From the NCBI GenBank assembly GCA_964537665.1, contig CAZIBP010000001.1, positions 11,972 to 75,971 of the forward strand: a stretch of 64,000 bases of DNA. Reading direction: 5' to 3'. Shown here piece by piece: positions 45,401-54,705 of the stretch. Numbering within the stretch: the first letter of the stretch is position 1; every line of letters begins with the position of its first letter. This stretch comes from an uncultured Pseudomonadales bacterium (GTDB lineage Bacteria > Patescibacteriota > Microgenomatia > UBA1400 > PJMF01). The notes below the pieces were generated by a model. That model saw nothing but the letters and a program-made list of their open reading frames with translations, had not been told where the DNA came from and did no database searches. The position numbers and the translations under genes are program-made.

Positions 45401-46235
45401 GCAAGCCAATTTTGGCTAGAGAAGCCTCATTAAAATATCTATTAAGAGCTTGATTGATGGTGATGATGGAGAGTGATTGGAGGTAAAGTCGAGACTGAGG
45501 ATCAAGCTCTGAGATTTTAATGGGGGTTGTGTCAGTGTTAGGCTCTTGAGTTTTTTTTGGCTCGCGACTTTGACTGGATTCAGCTTCGCCACCACCTCTC
45601 TCTGTTTCTTGAGGCTTTTTTTGACCTGGAAAAAGTCCAGCCAGGCCTAGTCCGCCAGTACTAGTGGAGGTGACACTTGGCGTTGTTTCCGCAATTTCCT
45701 CCTCAATTTTTTCTTCTGGAGCAATACTTGGTGCCAAGATTAAATAAATTAATTTAATGCGTTCAACAATCCTTCTCGAATAATCTATGTACTCAATTCT
45801 TTGTAGGTCTTCAATGCTAACCTTATCACCTGCTGGTTCCACACCCACTAATTTAAAAGTGCTTTCCAGTCGGTCTAATTCTTGTCTTTGAGTTGAGCTG
45901 ATGGAAATGTTGTTGCTACTTAAAGAAGTGCGGATTTGTTCAACAAAATTAACCAAGTCAGACAAAAACAAAAAAGGCACTTTGCCTCTGGGTGGGGCAA
46001 TACCATTTAAAATGTCAGCAGCAGTGCTAAGATCAAATTCGCCGCCATAACTAAAGCCTTCAATCGCAAAATCACCTTTGACTTTTTTGTCTCCTGCTGC
46101 TTCAGCATAAAAATTGCTAATCCAGCCAGCACTTCTCTGGAGAATTTCACGAATTTGAGCGGCACTGAGACTCTCAACGCCGGCTAGTTTCTTCAGTTCG
46201 ATTCGAGTTTTTTGATTAATTGCTTCTGCTGCCAT
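42405..46235 (-). CDS. Giant membrane protein with a C-terminal M23 (LytM-type) metallopeptidase domain; candidate cell-wall hydrolase of the T4SS-like apparatus
   Basis: 1276 aa. Central TM cluster (NWPWLLGLGILAALGSMLPLLLILAPAAIFL; AMITAGQAVIATVGASTIFMYVY). C-terminal KLLFAHFES ... GNRGNSTGKHLHYEV matches the M23 blocks (xLYAHLS / GSTGxSTGPHLHFE). Confidence 0.65.
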   Translation of the reverse strand: MAAEAINQKTRIELKKLAGVESLSAAQIREILQRSAGWISNFYAEAAGDKKVKGDFAIEGFSYGGEFDLSTAADILNGIAPPRGKVPFLFLSDLVNFVEQIRTSLSSNNISISSTQRQELDRLESTFKLVGVEPAGDKVSIEDLQRIEYIDYSRRIVERIKLIYLILAPSIAPEEKIEEEIAETTPSVTSTSTGGLGLAGLFPGQKKPQETERGGGEAESSQSREPKKTQEPNTDTTPIKISELDPQSRLYLQSLSIITINQALNRYFNEASLAKIGLPPGTQVTFDQLPLDVRRQLMDRAFLQVENLLLSGQFSLDSLIREQSKRINFSNQAALGLLMDVHGLKLLNDSVREIAKDGQKAAAKIKANEKEKLTNDKLSPRIKNDKENSTNTAQAQAILQQKQDEGQSNQDFARKIESELNIVQDEGRLEQIFGEKIRQIIGNQDNFKIKLITDNVRPLIEVFIQQGLPPEYLIPDPKNFDYNRFVNIFGTSIERSEFNNHREELANLIIFYWKRKRIIWASEIRQEFAQEKYTPEEAQQLLKEISKNPQKIAQLRNLGTLNLTYGGREIAEKLAGSANAKVDGAEVNQFIGQQQDLIKKNLEEQLAKMSEAEQQKTLKVYFDFYLPGYTIQEYSIQIFQTQVLPQINPMDFYMLQANETLGTSIFERATNFARNNAFYQNGDGWAQQAFASNSNYQSTDFMDSALGQQSKKLATKALSEGLYLALDAAGGWGEALRAAEAAVPLVKQLKEKLIEMGLEKVLEFIKKNWPWLLGLGILAALGSMLPLLLILAPAAIFLRNAWGGIKDFFTGGGKAINQISEGIGGFGKQGLTAQATQNQVATTQAAQGLKTLTSGISSGAMITAGQAVIATVGASTIFMYVYQTSLNSAFLTDFPFNDPNAAGINSVEKTSKYAEISKTAVIKSGCPSPESNGTKCENPSFPVSIEYTVTIKPKEDFSLQITNIEDTIKFKQSKKAWEDAGQSPPNIPTEKVLDFEYFKGIIGQQGGLSNTSLSPTTTPTLGVGNPNPTTPIPSGSSENIIIEAGSSLTFTYTLDNLSSDYNHTAILNTIEVNFYYQNSYMSGTDNVITAARVCLGECSAGAGCWPTTGNISQLPFGQGIPDDDASHRPPESGGYADAYDITDSDGPDDVVRMVYTTFPGSLCFIKCSDTGYGCYFILTFDDNGTSRKLLFAHFESANSQLSQPNSCMNVDEGFAIGLMGNRGNSTGKHLHYEVDFNGAFYSPSSRNFSILETLVPEADNGNYPPKNGDNVTTCYE

Positions 46236-46297
46236 CCATTTTTATTATAACTGGCGGCCAATTAGCTTGAAAGAGTGGGAATAAAATACTGCAGAAA

Positions 46298-49126
46298 TTG
46301 GTTCTTTTAGATCAAAAATGGTATAATAACAGTGTATCTAAAGATAGAAGACTTATGATTAAACCAGGTCAAGAAAATCCAGTTGAAAATGAACAAGGCT
46401 TTGAAACTGCTGATAGTTGGATTGCCAGAAAAGAAGAAGAACTCCAAGAATTAATTATCGAGATAGAAACACAACTGAGCTTAGACGGAATTAGTAAAGG
46501 TCAAAAACACAATAAAGATAAGGAAATAGAGTTAACTTTTAATGCTGGAGCAAAAGCAATCATTTTAGAATTGGAAAAAAGAAAAAGAAAAGCTCCAGTA
46601 GATGTTCCAAAGTATGAAGCTTTCAGGTTAAGTATTTTTACTTTAAGAGAAAAGTTTTTTAAGGATTGGGGAGTGGCTGTTGATAAAAATGAAGAGGTTT
46701 TGAATGTTGGTAAAATGACTCTTCGTGAAGTTGCCGACTATGTCTTAGAAAAAGAACTTGTTTTTTGGACTGGTGAACATGATGGCTGGACAGATGAGAA
46801 TGACCGAAGAGTAGTCGATGCTTTGGTCCAAAGATTATGGAAAGACAAAGACAAGATTTCTGGATTGACCAAAGATGCTATACCTGGAGAGAAAAGAACT
46901 GATGGCTCACCACATTACTTTGCAGATTTAGACGTCAGAGAGATAGTCAGTGATTTACAGATATTAGGTTTATTTGGGATTCTGAATGAAAAAGGTGCTG
47001 AAAGAAAAGATGACGGCGTAGCAGAAGGTAGGATAACTCAACTAGAATCTGCAATGGCTACTTTGCAAATTTCCAAAGAAAGGCTTAATGAAACTACCCT
47101 AGCTCACCCTAGAACTGGTTTGGTGCTATACGAGATGCTAAGAAGAATGAAAGATCAGCCAGCTTTGAGGGATGGTAAGACGCCGGTTTTAAACGAAGGA
47201 AAATTGCCACCTGGTTTTGGAAGAGCTCCGGTTAACGATAGAATAGTTCAGAGAGGAAGTACGAAGATTGTCTTATATGGAGATAGATATAAAGAAAGTT
47301 TTGACGAATCTGGAAACGTGACTAGTCGTGAAGTTGTTGAATATACTCCTCTGGAAGCTGGAGATACGCTAATTATAGATTATTCCCAAACAACCGATGG
47401 TTTTGTTAGAAAAGCCTTGCCAGACAGAGTTGTTGAGAGAAATGGAATGGATGTTTTGTTAGTGGGAGACAGACTAAATAAAATAGTGAATAAGGATGGA
47501 AAAGAGATTGGTGCAAGATGGTATGATCCAGATCAAGCTCTTCCAACTGATACTAATTTGTATCAATTTGATCCTAGATTTTCTTACGAAACTTTAGCCA
47601 GTGACACTGGTAAGGATACTTTAAAGAAGTATGCAGCACACCTTTTATCTTTGATAGAGGAGCAAAGATTGGAAGAAAAAGATGCTAAAGATCAAAGTAG
47701 AGTTTTAGATTGGTCAAAAATTCACTTTAAAGAATTAATTGGTTTTAAATTTCCAGATCCAAGTGATGAAAAATTTGGTAAGGGAGATATTAGAAGATTA
47801 GAAATGTATGCTAGATACTTATTTTTTTGTTTTCCTTTCCTTACTAATATCTTAGCTATTAGACAAGAGAGAACACAGACTCCTTCTCATGGTTTTAACA
47901 ATAAGGACATTCCTTTTGTTTGGATTTTTAACATGCTTGGATTTATTTCTCATAAATCACAAAGATATGCAAACTCAGACAATGCTTACTACTACATGCT
48001 TAAGTTTTTTAAACCACTAAGAGAGGGAGCATATGGTGCTGGAGGTGAAGCGAGAAGATTAAATGCGGTGAGAGATTTGATTATTAAATACGATAAAGTT
48101 TTTAGTGATGATCAGGATAATGTTTCAGTTATCCCCAATATGCCCTATGGCTCATCAGTTTTTCACACAGCGCTCAGCATGTTGTCTTTGGCTCCTGGTG
48201 ATACCTCTGCTTTGAGCGGTAGAGCTGAGTTATATGATGGGACTATCCTAGATGGAACACCAGACAAGCCTGTTTTTCTTAGTTTAGGTGGAGTAAGAGC
48301 TCCAAAAAGAAAAGAGCCATATAATTTTAGTTTGCTTTACACTTCAATTAGAGCTTGGGATACTCTCACAACAGGTTCTTTACAATCCTTGCCTGGAAAT
48401 TTAACAATCGCTTCTATTGCTGAGGGTGGTGGAAAGGATAAATCTTTTATATCTCAGAAATATGGAGACAACGTTGGTCAGGCCAAGATGAGTGACACGA
48501 GAACAAGAGAAAAGGATAAGATTCCGAGCCTCAAGGAATTTAATCATTTGAAATTAGCTGCTAATTTAATTTGGGATACTGTACAAAGAATTTTCAGAGA
48601 ATACCCGGCAAATAGTATTGAGGCAAGAATTAAACTTTACGAAGAGCTTGAAAAAGGTTTTAGACATACTGCTGAGGTTGGTGGTTTATCTGCTGGTGAT
48701 TCAGCTGAAGTTCTAACTTGGGTTTTGGATAAAATGTCCAAACCAGATAGAGACGGCAAATTATATGGTAAAGGAGTTGGTGGATTTGCCGGCATGAACC
48801 CTTGTTTGGCATATAGAGAGGCAACAATTGATGGTAAGAGGGGTAAAGAAGTTTTTGAATATGTTGAGGCTCTTTGGAACTACAAACACTCTGATGCTGA
48901 AGGAAAGGTTACTAAACCATTTCCTTTCAAACTAGTTGCCGGAACCAGTGGTACTGGTTATGTTGCTATAAACAAACAATTTGTGAAGCATGCTTTTGAT
49001 CCCGATCCAGAAATAGAAGAATATAAAGGTATGCTTTATGGTTATAAGATGGAAAAGGGCGAAAAGAAAAAAGCAAGATTGCCAGAGCCTATTGCTAGAA
49101 TTAACCTAGATAAGCACGAAGACTAA
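46298..49126 (+). CDS. Large (942 aa) soluble hypothetical protein, opposite strand, embedded in the T4SS-like cluster
   Basis: No TM, no nucleotide-binding or known catalytic motif recognisable by eye. Divergently transcribed from the M23 giant gene across a 62-bp gap. Confidence 0.5.
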   Translation: MVLLDQKWYNNSVSKDRRLMIKPGQENPVENEQGFETADSWIARKEEELQELIIEIETQLSLDGISKGQKHNKDKEIELTFNAGAKAIILELEKRKRKAPVDVPKYEAFRLSIFTLREKFFKDWGVAVDKNEEVLNVGKMTLREVADYVLEKELVFWTGEHDGWTDENDRRVVDALVQRLWKDKDKISGLTKDAIPGEKRTDGSPHYFADLDVREIVSDLQILGLFGILNEKGAERKDDGVAEGRITQLESAMATLQISKERLNETTLAHPRTGLVLYEMLRRMKDQPALRDGKTPVLNEGKLPPGFGRAPVNDRIVQRGSTKIVLYGDRYKESFDESGNVTSREVVEYTPLEAGDTLIIDYSQTTDGFVRKALPDRVVERNGMDVLLVGDRLNKIVNKDGKEIGARWYDPDQALPTDTNLYQFDPRFSYETLASDTGKDTLKKYAAHLLSLIEEQRLEEKDAKDQSRVLDWSKIHFKELIGFKFPDPSDEKFGKGDIRRLEMYARYLFFCFPFLTNILAIRQERTQTPSHGFNNKDIPFVWIFNMLGFISHKSQRYANSDNAYYYMLKFFKPLREGAYGAGGEARRLNAVRDLIIKYDKVFSDDQDNVSVIPNMPYGSSVFHTALSMLSLAPGDTSALSGRAELYDGTILDGTPDKPVFLSLGGVRAPKRKEPYNFSLLYTSIRAWDTLTTGSLQSLPGNLTIASIAEGGGKDKSFISQKYGDNVGQAKMSDTRTREKDKIPSLKEFNHLKLAANLIWDTVQRIFREYPANSIEARIKLYEELEKGFRHTAEVGGLSAGDSAEVLTWVLDKMSKPDRDGKLYGKGVGGFAGMNPCLAYREATIDGKRGKEVFEYVEALWNYKHSDAEGKVTKPFPFKLVAGTSGTGYVAINKQFVKHAFDPDPEIEEYKGMLYGYKMEKGEKKKARLPEPIARINLDKHED

Positions 49127-49192
49127 ATCCTCGACTAAATTTGTGTAAAGAAAATCTATCCTACTTTGATTTGTTTAGAAAGAACGTGCGAT

Positions 49193-50866
49193 TTATTTTT
49201 TGCTTTTATTGAAATAGTCGCCCATCATGGTAGTGAGATCTTCTGGATCAAAAGCTCTTCCCTCAGCGATTCTATCTAGTTGTATTCTGACCTTCTTGCC
49301 AGATTCAAAACCTTTTTGTAATCCACCTGCCCCATTTTCCATGCCTCTTGTTTTGCTTCCAGTGACACCACCAAAGGCAATTGGAGTTTCATCATCACCA
49401 GTTCTAGAATATCCTTGCCAACCAGCCTTGACGGCTTTCAGTAAGCTTTCATCTGGGTTATCTTTTCTAAATGCTGCTCCAGCTCTTACTCCACCATAAG
49501 CACCTTGTAATCCAGCACCAATTAGAGGAGCAGTGATTGTGCCTTCTTTAATTCTACCCATTGCATCTTTAGCCAACTGTCCAAAAATACCTTCGTCTAC
49601 GCCCATAGCTTTTTTGACTTGCTGCATAATTTCTGGAATAACTAACAAGACACCAATGCCAAGAATGACCGGAACAATGGCGCCTTGTCCTTGACCCATT
49701 AAAAATGGCGGCATAAAACCACCACCAAAAGAAGCATCCAAAGCTTGGCCGGTACCCTGCATGCTGCGAATTGGTGCAGTTAACATGCGTTGCACTAGGA
49801 CACAAAGTAAGACTACTGGCCAAAGGATTAAGTTGCCGACAAGATCTTTGATCCATTTACCAAAAACATTTTTACCTGGAAAAGCTCCAAGCATCAAAAT
49901 AATTGGCGAAAAAATAATTTGGATCAAAACTGCCACGTAAGTTTTGACCAACTCAAAAAATACCTTAAAAGTGGCGAAAAGAATGGCAATGCCAATAATG
50001 ACCGTGCCAAGTAAACTAGACATCCAAGCTAAAGCTTCACCCACAAAACCAATATTTAGCGCATCTTCCATGAATTGTTCGATCGCGTTCTGGGTGGTAC
50101 CAGTGGTGCCCTTAAACATTAAGCCCACTAGGCCAAAAATATTACGAGTGACGATATCTGGACCTTCAGTGAAAAAGCCAGCCAACATGTACATCACCAC
50201 ATACATCAGATCAATCATAAAGCCAGCAATGGCGTAGGAAAAAGTAACTGCCAGCATAGCGATGATAATATTGGGAATGGCTTGCTGAGCAGTGATGGCG
50301 GCTTGGCCAACTTTGGTTCTAAACATGATCATAAAACCAATGACCAAGAAGGCGACTACAAAAAATAGATAAGCGAGATTGCGAAAAGCTTTCCAGGTTT
50401 CTAAGATTGGATCGAGGGCTGAAAAACCTAAGCCTTGAGCTTGTGCCTCTGGGATAATTTTCGCCGATTTCATCACATCTGCCACATAAGAGCGAGCACT
50501 GGCTGGTGGGGTGTAAAGAGCTACGATGCCTTTGTTTACATCCCCAAGCACTCCATAACCGATCTGTTTCTCTAGGGCTTTTCTCTCACTAGTGGTCATG
50601 CTACCGTCATTAGGAATGGCGGCCATACCGATGGCGTGCAGGTTGATATTGGTGAAAGTGTTGGACAAACTCTCGGCATCAAACTTTTCTTTGTCGGCAT
50701 TTTTGCTGGAAAAAGCAGTCACACTTTTATCAGTTGACTCATTGGTGAAAATGCCAGCTAGCCAATCAAGAATTCCGACTGCTCGCGCAGGTTTAACTGA
50801 CGTCAAAAAACAAGCCAAAACCAAAGACAAAATCAACAATAGGCGAGAAGTTTTCTGCTGTATCAT
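49193..50866 (-). CDS. VirB6/TrbL/PrgH-like polytopic membrane protein (inferred)
   Basis: 557 aa. Signal peptide, then at least 6 long hydrophobic segments (e.g. ALAWMSSLLGTVIIGIAILFATFKVFFELVKTYVAVLIQIIFSPIILMLGAF) and a Gly-rich C-terminal tail; architecture typical of VirB6-family proteins. Confidence 0.45.
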   Translation of the reverse strand: MIQQKTSRLLLILSLVLACFLTSVKPARAVGILDWLAGIFTNESTDKSVTAFSSKNADKEKFDAESLSNTFTNINLHAIGMAAIPNDGSMTTSERKALEKQIGYGVLGDVNKGIVALYTPPASARSYVADVMKSAKIIPEAQAQGLGFSALDPILETWKAFRNLAYLFFVVAFLVIGFMIMFRTKVGQAAITAQQAIPNIIIAMLAVTFSYAIAGFMIDLMYVVMYMLAGFFTEGPDIVTRNIFGLVGLMFKGTTGTTQNAIEQFMEDALNIGFVGEALAWMSSLLGTVIIGIAILFATFKVFFELVKTYVAVLIQIIFSPIILMLGAFPGKNVFGKWIKDLVGNLILWPVVLLCVLVQRMLTAPIRSMQGTGQALDASFGGGFMPPFLMGQGQGAIVPVILGIGVLLVIPEIMQQVKKAMGVDEGIFGQLAKDAMGRIKEGTITAPLIGAGLQGAYGGVRAGAAFRKDNPDESLLKAVKAGWQGYSRTGDDETPIAFGGVTGSKTRGMENGAGGLQKGFESGKKVRIQLDRIAEGRAFDPEDLTTMMGDYFNKSKK

Positions 50867-50963
50867 AAGACAAGTATATTTTAGAATAAGTAAGGAGAAC
50901 TTGCAAAAGAAAAATTAAGCTCAGTCTTGACAAGTTTCTTTAAAACATTTAAAACAATCATAA

Positions 50964-51788
50964 ATGATCGATCATGCACAAACTGATAAATTCAGGGACA
51001 TTCTAGAGCTTAGCAAAAATACACTGTTGATTTTTAAGGAGAGTAAAGATCTTGATTTATTTCTTGCCAGTTATTGTTTATTTTCCTTTCTAGTGAGAGA
51101 AAAAGAAATTCGTCTTTTAACTCCCAAATTTAAACTAAAACTTCCCAAGTCATTAACAGATTTAATCGACCTTAAAAAGATTGAGACAGAACTGGGTAAA
51201 GAAAATTTATTGATTAGTTTTCCTTACCTTGAAGAGCAAGTCGACAAAGTTTCTTACTATATTGGTGAACACGATCAGCGTTTTTATCTCACTATCAAAC
51301 CAAAAAGTGGTGTAGCGGCAATTGATAGTTCTAAAGTGGAATTTTCTTATGCCGGAACCCAAGCTGATTTGTTAATTCTATGTGGAGTGGAGGATTTGGA
51401 AAAATTGGAACAGCTCTATTTTGCTTATGAGGATTTGTATAAAACCAATAATAATCATGTGGTGACCCTCAATCACTTTATTCCAGATTTTGGCACTCTC
51501 AACTTAGATATTTCAGGAGCTAGTTCTTATTGTGAGGCGGTTTACTATTTGCTCAAAGATTTGGGAGAAGATAAACAAGATTTTTTGGCCAAAAGTGATT
51601 TACCAACCTTACTACTTTATGGGATTGAATATAGTAGTCGTGGTTTACAATCTATGGACACCACAGCGAGCACTTTCCTCAGCGTGGCAGAATTACTAAA
51701 GCTTGGTGCTACTCGGCTTTTTAAATTAGATTTGCCAGCAAACGTAAAAACTATTGGGCAGCAGCCCCAGATTCATTCAATAAAATAG
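50964..51788 (+). CDS. Hypothetical protein (possibly a degenerate DHH/NrnA-like fold)
   Basis: 274 aa, soluble. Weak resemblance to DHH phosphoesterases, but the DHH catalytic residues are not evident. Confidence 0.3.
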   Translation: MIDHAQTDKFRDILELSKNTLLIFKESKDLDLFLASYCLFSFLVREKEIRLLTPKFKLKLPKSLTDLIDLKKIETELGKENLLISFPYLEEQVDKVSYYIGEHDQRFYLTIKPKSGVAAIDSSKVEFSYAGTQADLLILCGVEDLEKLEQLYFAYEDLYKTNNNHVVTLNHFIPDFGTLNLDISGASSYCEAVYYLLKDLGEDKQDFLAKSDLPTLLLYGIEYSSRGLQSMDTTASTFLSVAELLKLGATRLFKLDLPANVKTIGQQPQIHSIK

Positions 51789-54678
51789 CGGTGGTGATTG
51801 AGCCTGGTCGATTATATTCAGGATATTTATTGCCGTTACTTAAACTCTGACACATGTTTGATCCAGCGTAGCAATAGGAAGCAGCATCGGTCAGCAATTG
51901 TTCTTTGTAAGCGTCGTCAAAGCCATATTCAGCTTGTGATTGATCGAGGCTTTTTCTTAATTCTTGCATGGCAAAATCAGTTGGTTCGCTAGTGCAGTTA
52001 AATTCCACATAGTCCAGACAATAGATTAGATCCATGTCGCTGTGACGTTCGTCAATCCAGCCAAGCGGGTGAGGATGATCCTCAGCGGTAAATTGAGCCT
52101 CACATTTACCTCCATCACGCCATCTGGTATCTCTGAGTTCGCCTTCTTTATCTGTGCTACAGTTCATATTGCCTGGTCCGTTGTAAGCACCAATGGCTTC
52201 AGTTAAATCTTCATAGGGAATATTTTCTTTATTGAAGGACCCTGGCCAGAAACTCAAAAGATGTTCCATGGCAGTTTTGGCATCTTCTTTGAGCGAACCA
52301 CCTCTGAGAGCATTGCCATCCCAGACAGAACCATTTGGATCTAGGCCAGCTTCTGTCCAGTGGATGCCGGCCACCACCTCACAAGGAATGCCGGTTTCTT
52401 CTTCTGCATATTCATAGGCTTCGATTAGTTCGTCGGTAATCTTGGGAGCAATGTCTGCGGTAAACATGTCTTTGGCGTACTGAGGGATTCCGCTGGTAGG
52501 TGGTAAACCGGTGACATTTTTGAAAGCTTCTCCTTTACAGAAACTTTGGTCTTGCTTGCCTTCTGGATCACCGCTACAGCGACCCAGAAACATGTCTTCG
52601 ACTCTTTGACAAGAAACAATGTAGTCGTAAGTTTGACTGAAAGTATTGCGTAGTTTTTGCTGAATTTTGCGCACCATAAAGCCTAGTCCAAAGTCAGGAA
52701 TTAGCAGCTCACCTTTACTCGAGCTTTCTTCTTTGCTGGCTGTATCACTAAAGCCAAAACCAAAGGCGTATTTGGTACATTCCTCAACGATTTCGCCATC
52801 TTCATTTTCAACTTCAGTACATTCATCTAGTGGATGAATTTCATCGGCGGCACTGATGCCAAAATTAACATCTTTGATAGTGTAGTACTTGGGAATCGCC
52901 CCTTGTTTGCTGGTGCCATCGTCATTGGTCATGTCCTCAATAATGTTGGTTCTAACTAGTTCGAAGAAATCCTCTTCATTCCAAAAAATACTCAAGGCTT
53001 TATTAACGTCTTTAACATTTTCACCAATTGGCAAAACTAAATAAGCATTAACAATCATGGGTGGATCAAGTGGAGGAGGGTCTTCATCAATGACCAATTT
53101 CCACTCAAAATCATTCACATGTAGCGAATATAGCTCATCAACAATTGCTTTGTTCATTTGTTCTCTATAGCTATATTCTTTCATTTCTTTTGCAGCAGGG
53201 GTAAAAAGGTCGCCAGCTCTTTCCCAATTTAAATCTTCTTGATTAAAAACAAACTCAATCCCGCTAGCAGTGGCTTGTCTTTCGTTCAAATTAAGGTTAA
53301 AGCTAGACATGTCAATTTCTTCTCCAGTTTCAGTGCTGGTGTTTTCTATCACTCTAAGAGTGTCGTTGCGACAGGTTATAGACGTTCCATTGATGATGCT
53401 GATCAGCGTTCTTTCTAGTGGCTTCAGACATTTTGGATAGGGACAACCGATGACTGGTTTGGTGGGAGCTAAGGCTGATTGATAAAGCAACTCTCGTTTA
53501 TCAGCTTGATCTTTGAGGTCTTTGTCATTTTGTTCTTTGGGTTGTATGACCATCTTTGTCAATTCCAAAGTGTCGATATTACCAGCAATTCTAGATTTGT
53601 TGGTGCCAAAATCAGGAATTTTGAAGGCAATAAAAGTGGGAGCCTCCACTTGGGAATCTACTTGTGGATCTGCTTGGAGAAAGTAAAACTTGTCTCCTTC
53701 ATCGTATTTGCCTGGATCTTGAGTGGGAACTAAAACCAAAAATGCCAAGCGATATAAAGTATCAAAATCAATGCCAATGCGATTAACTCCCTCTCTTAGT
53801 TTGGCAATCTGATCTAGATCAACGTCGGGTGGAGCATAACTGGTATTACTAACACTACTGTCTCCACCAGTGATGTCAAGGCAAACCTGTTGATAAAGCT
53901 GATCGTCTGCAAGCTCTGGTCTAATTGCTTGAAACCAATCCAGCAGTTCAACTAGATTAAAATTAACGTCCACCACGTGTTCGGTTGATTTAAGATCTTT
54001 AATTTCAGCATCAGTCACAACTCTACTGCTACCTTCTTCGTCAACAGCAATTTTGAACTCGTACTTTTTGTCGATGGTGCATTCATCAGTCACTTCGTCA
54101 CAAATTTGTTTAGCAGCTAAAAGATTTTGAGCTTTAGCCAGACATTGTTGATAGGAGGACAGAACTCTTTTGCTAACCCCAGCAGAATTTAACATGTAAC
54201 TGTCATGAAGGGTTTGATAGTTGGCTCCAAACATGCCCTCTAGTGAACTGTTTTTAATTGTTTCTTCTTTATTTTCCAAACCACGGAACATGGGAATTCT
54301 AGCTTTACTTAAATCAGTGACGTAGGGCGCAATGCCACTAAAAACAGTTGGATTGAGGCCATTGTAGAAACTTTCTTCTGGGGGAATGCTGTCACTAAAA
54401 AATTTGTTGATATCTCCCAGTAATTTTTTATCAATTGCCCACTGCATGGCAGCACAATGTGCCTCATATCCTTGATCTTTAATCATGGTGGGCAAAAGAT
54501 CTTCCCAACCATAACTGTTACCGTCTGGCAGAAACATTGGCATCAGGGTGAACTGATTAACTACATCGCTAGTTGCGGTGTCACTGCTTTGAGCTTTGAC
54601 TTCTAGCTTTGTGGAAATTAGCAATAAAGCAGAACAGAACACACCCACAATCGCTTTTTTTGAAAATCGAGTAAACAC
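51751..54678 (-). CDS. Large (975 aa) secreted hypothetical protein
   Basis: N-terminal signal peptide (AIVGVFCSALLLISTKLEVKAQS). Many Cys, acidic. C-terminal region ...GIPCEVVAGIHWTEAGLDPNGSVWDGNALRGG... of unknown family. Confidence 0.5.
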   Translation of the reverse strand: MFTRFSKKAIVGVFCSALLLISTKLEVKAQSSDTATSDVVNQFTLMPMFLPDGNSYGWEDLLPTMIKDQGYEAHCAAMQWAIDKKLLGDINKFFSDSIPPEESFYNGLNPTVFSGIAPYVTDLSKARIPMFRGLENKEETIKNSSLEGMFGANYQTLHDSYMLNSAGVSKRVLSSYQQCLAKAQNLLAAKQICDEVTDECTIDKKYEFKIAVDEEGSSRVVTDAEIKDLKSTEHVVDVNFNLVELLDWFQAIRPELADDQLYQQVCLDITGGDSSVSNTSYAPPDVDLDQIAKLREGVNRIGIDFDTLYRLAFLVLVPTQDPGKYDEGDKFYFLQADPQVDSQVEAPTFIAFKIPDFGTNKSRIAGNIDTLELTKMVIQPKEQNDKDLKDQADKRELLYQSALAPTKPVIGCPYPKCLKPLERTLISIINGTSITCRNDTLRVIENTSTETGEEIDMSSFNLNLNERQATASGIEFVFNQEDLNWERAGDLFTPAAKEMKEYSYREQMNKAIVDELYSLHVNDFEWKLVIDEDPPPLDPPMIVNAYLVLPIGENVKDVNKALSIFWNEEDFFELVRTNIIEDMTNDDGTSKQGAIPKYYTIKDVNFGISAADEIHPLDECTEVENEDGEIVEECTKYAFGFGFSDTASKEESSSKGELLIPDFGLGFMVRKIQQKLRNTFSQTYDYIVSCQRVEDMFLGRCSGDPEGKQDQSFCKGEAFKNVTGLPPTSGIPQYAKDMFTADIAPKITDELIEAYEYAEEETGIPCEVVAGIHWTEAGLDPNGSVWDGNALRGGSLKEDAKTAMEHLLSFWPGSFNKENIPYEDLTEAIGAYNGPGNMNCSTDKEGELRDTRWRDGGKCEAQFTAEDHPHPLGWIDERHSDMDLIYCLDYVEFNCTSEPTDFAMQELRKSLDQSQAEYGFDDAYKEQLLTDAASYCYAGSNMCQSLSNGNKYPEYNRPGSITTAILLNESGAAAQ

Positions 54679-54705
54679 GAGTTAATTATACTAATAATCA
54701 GTAGA

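Noticed and set aside
50964-51788. Assigning the 274-aa protein as a DHH-family phosphoesterase (NrnA-like).
   Set aside because: Only vague positional resemblance; the DHH and GGGH catalytic motifs are not evident. Left as hypothetical.
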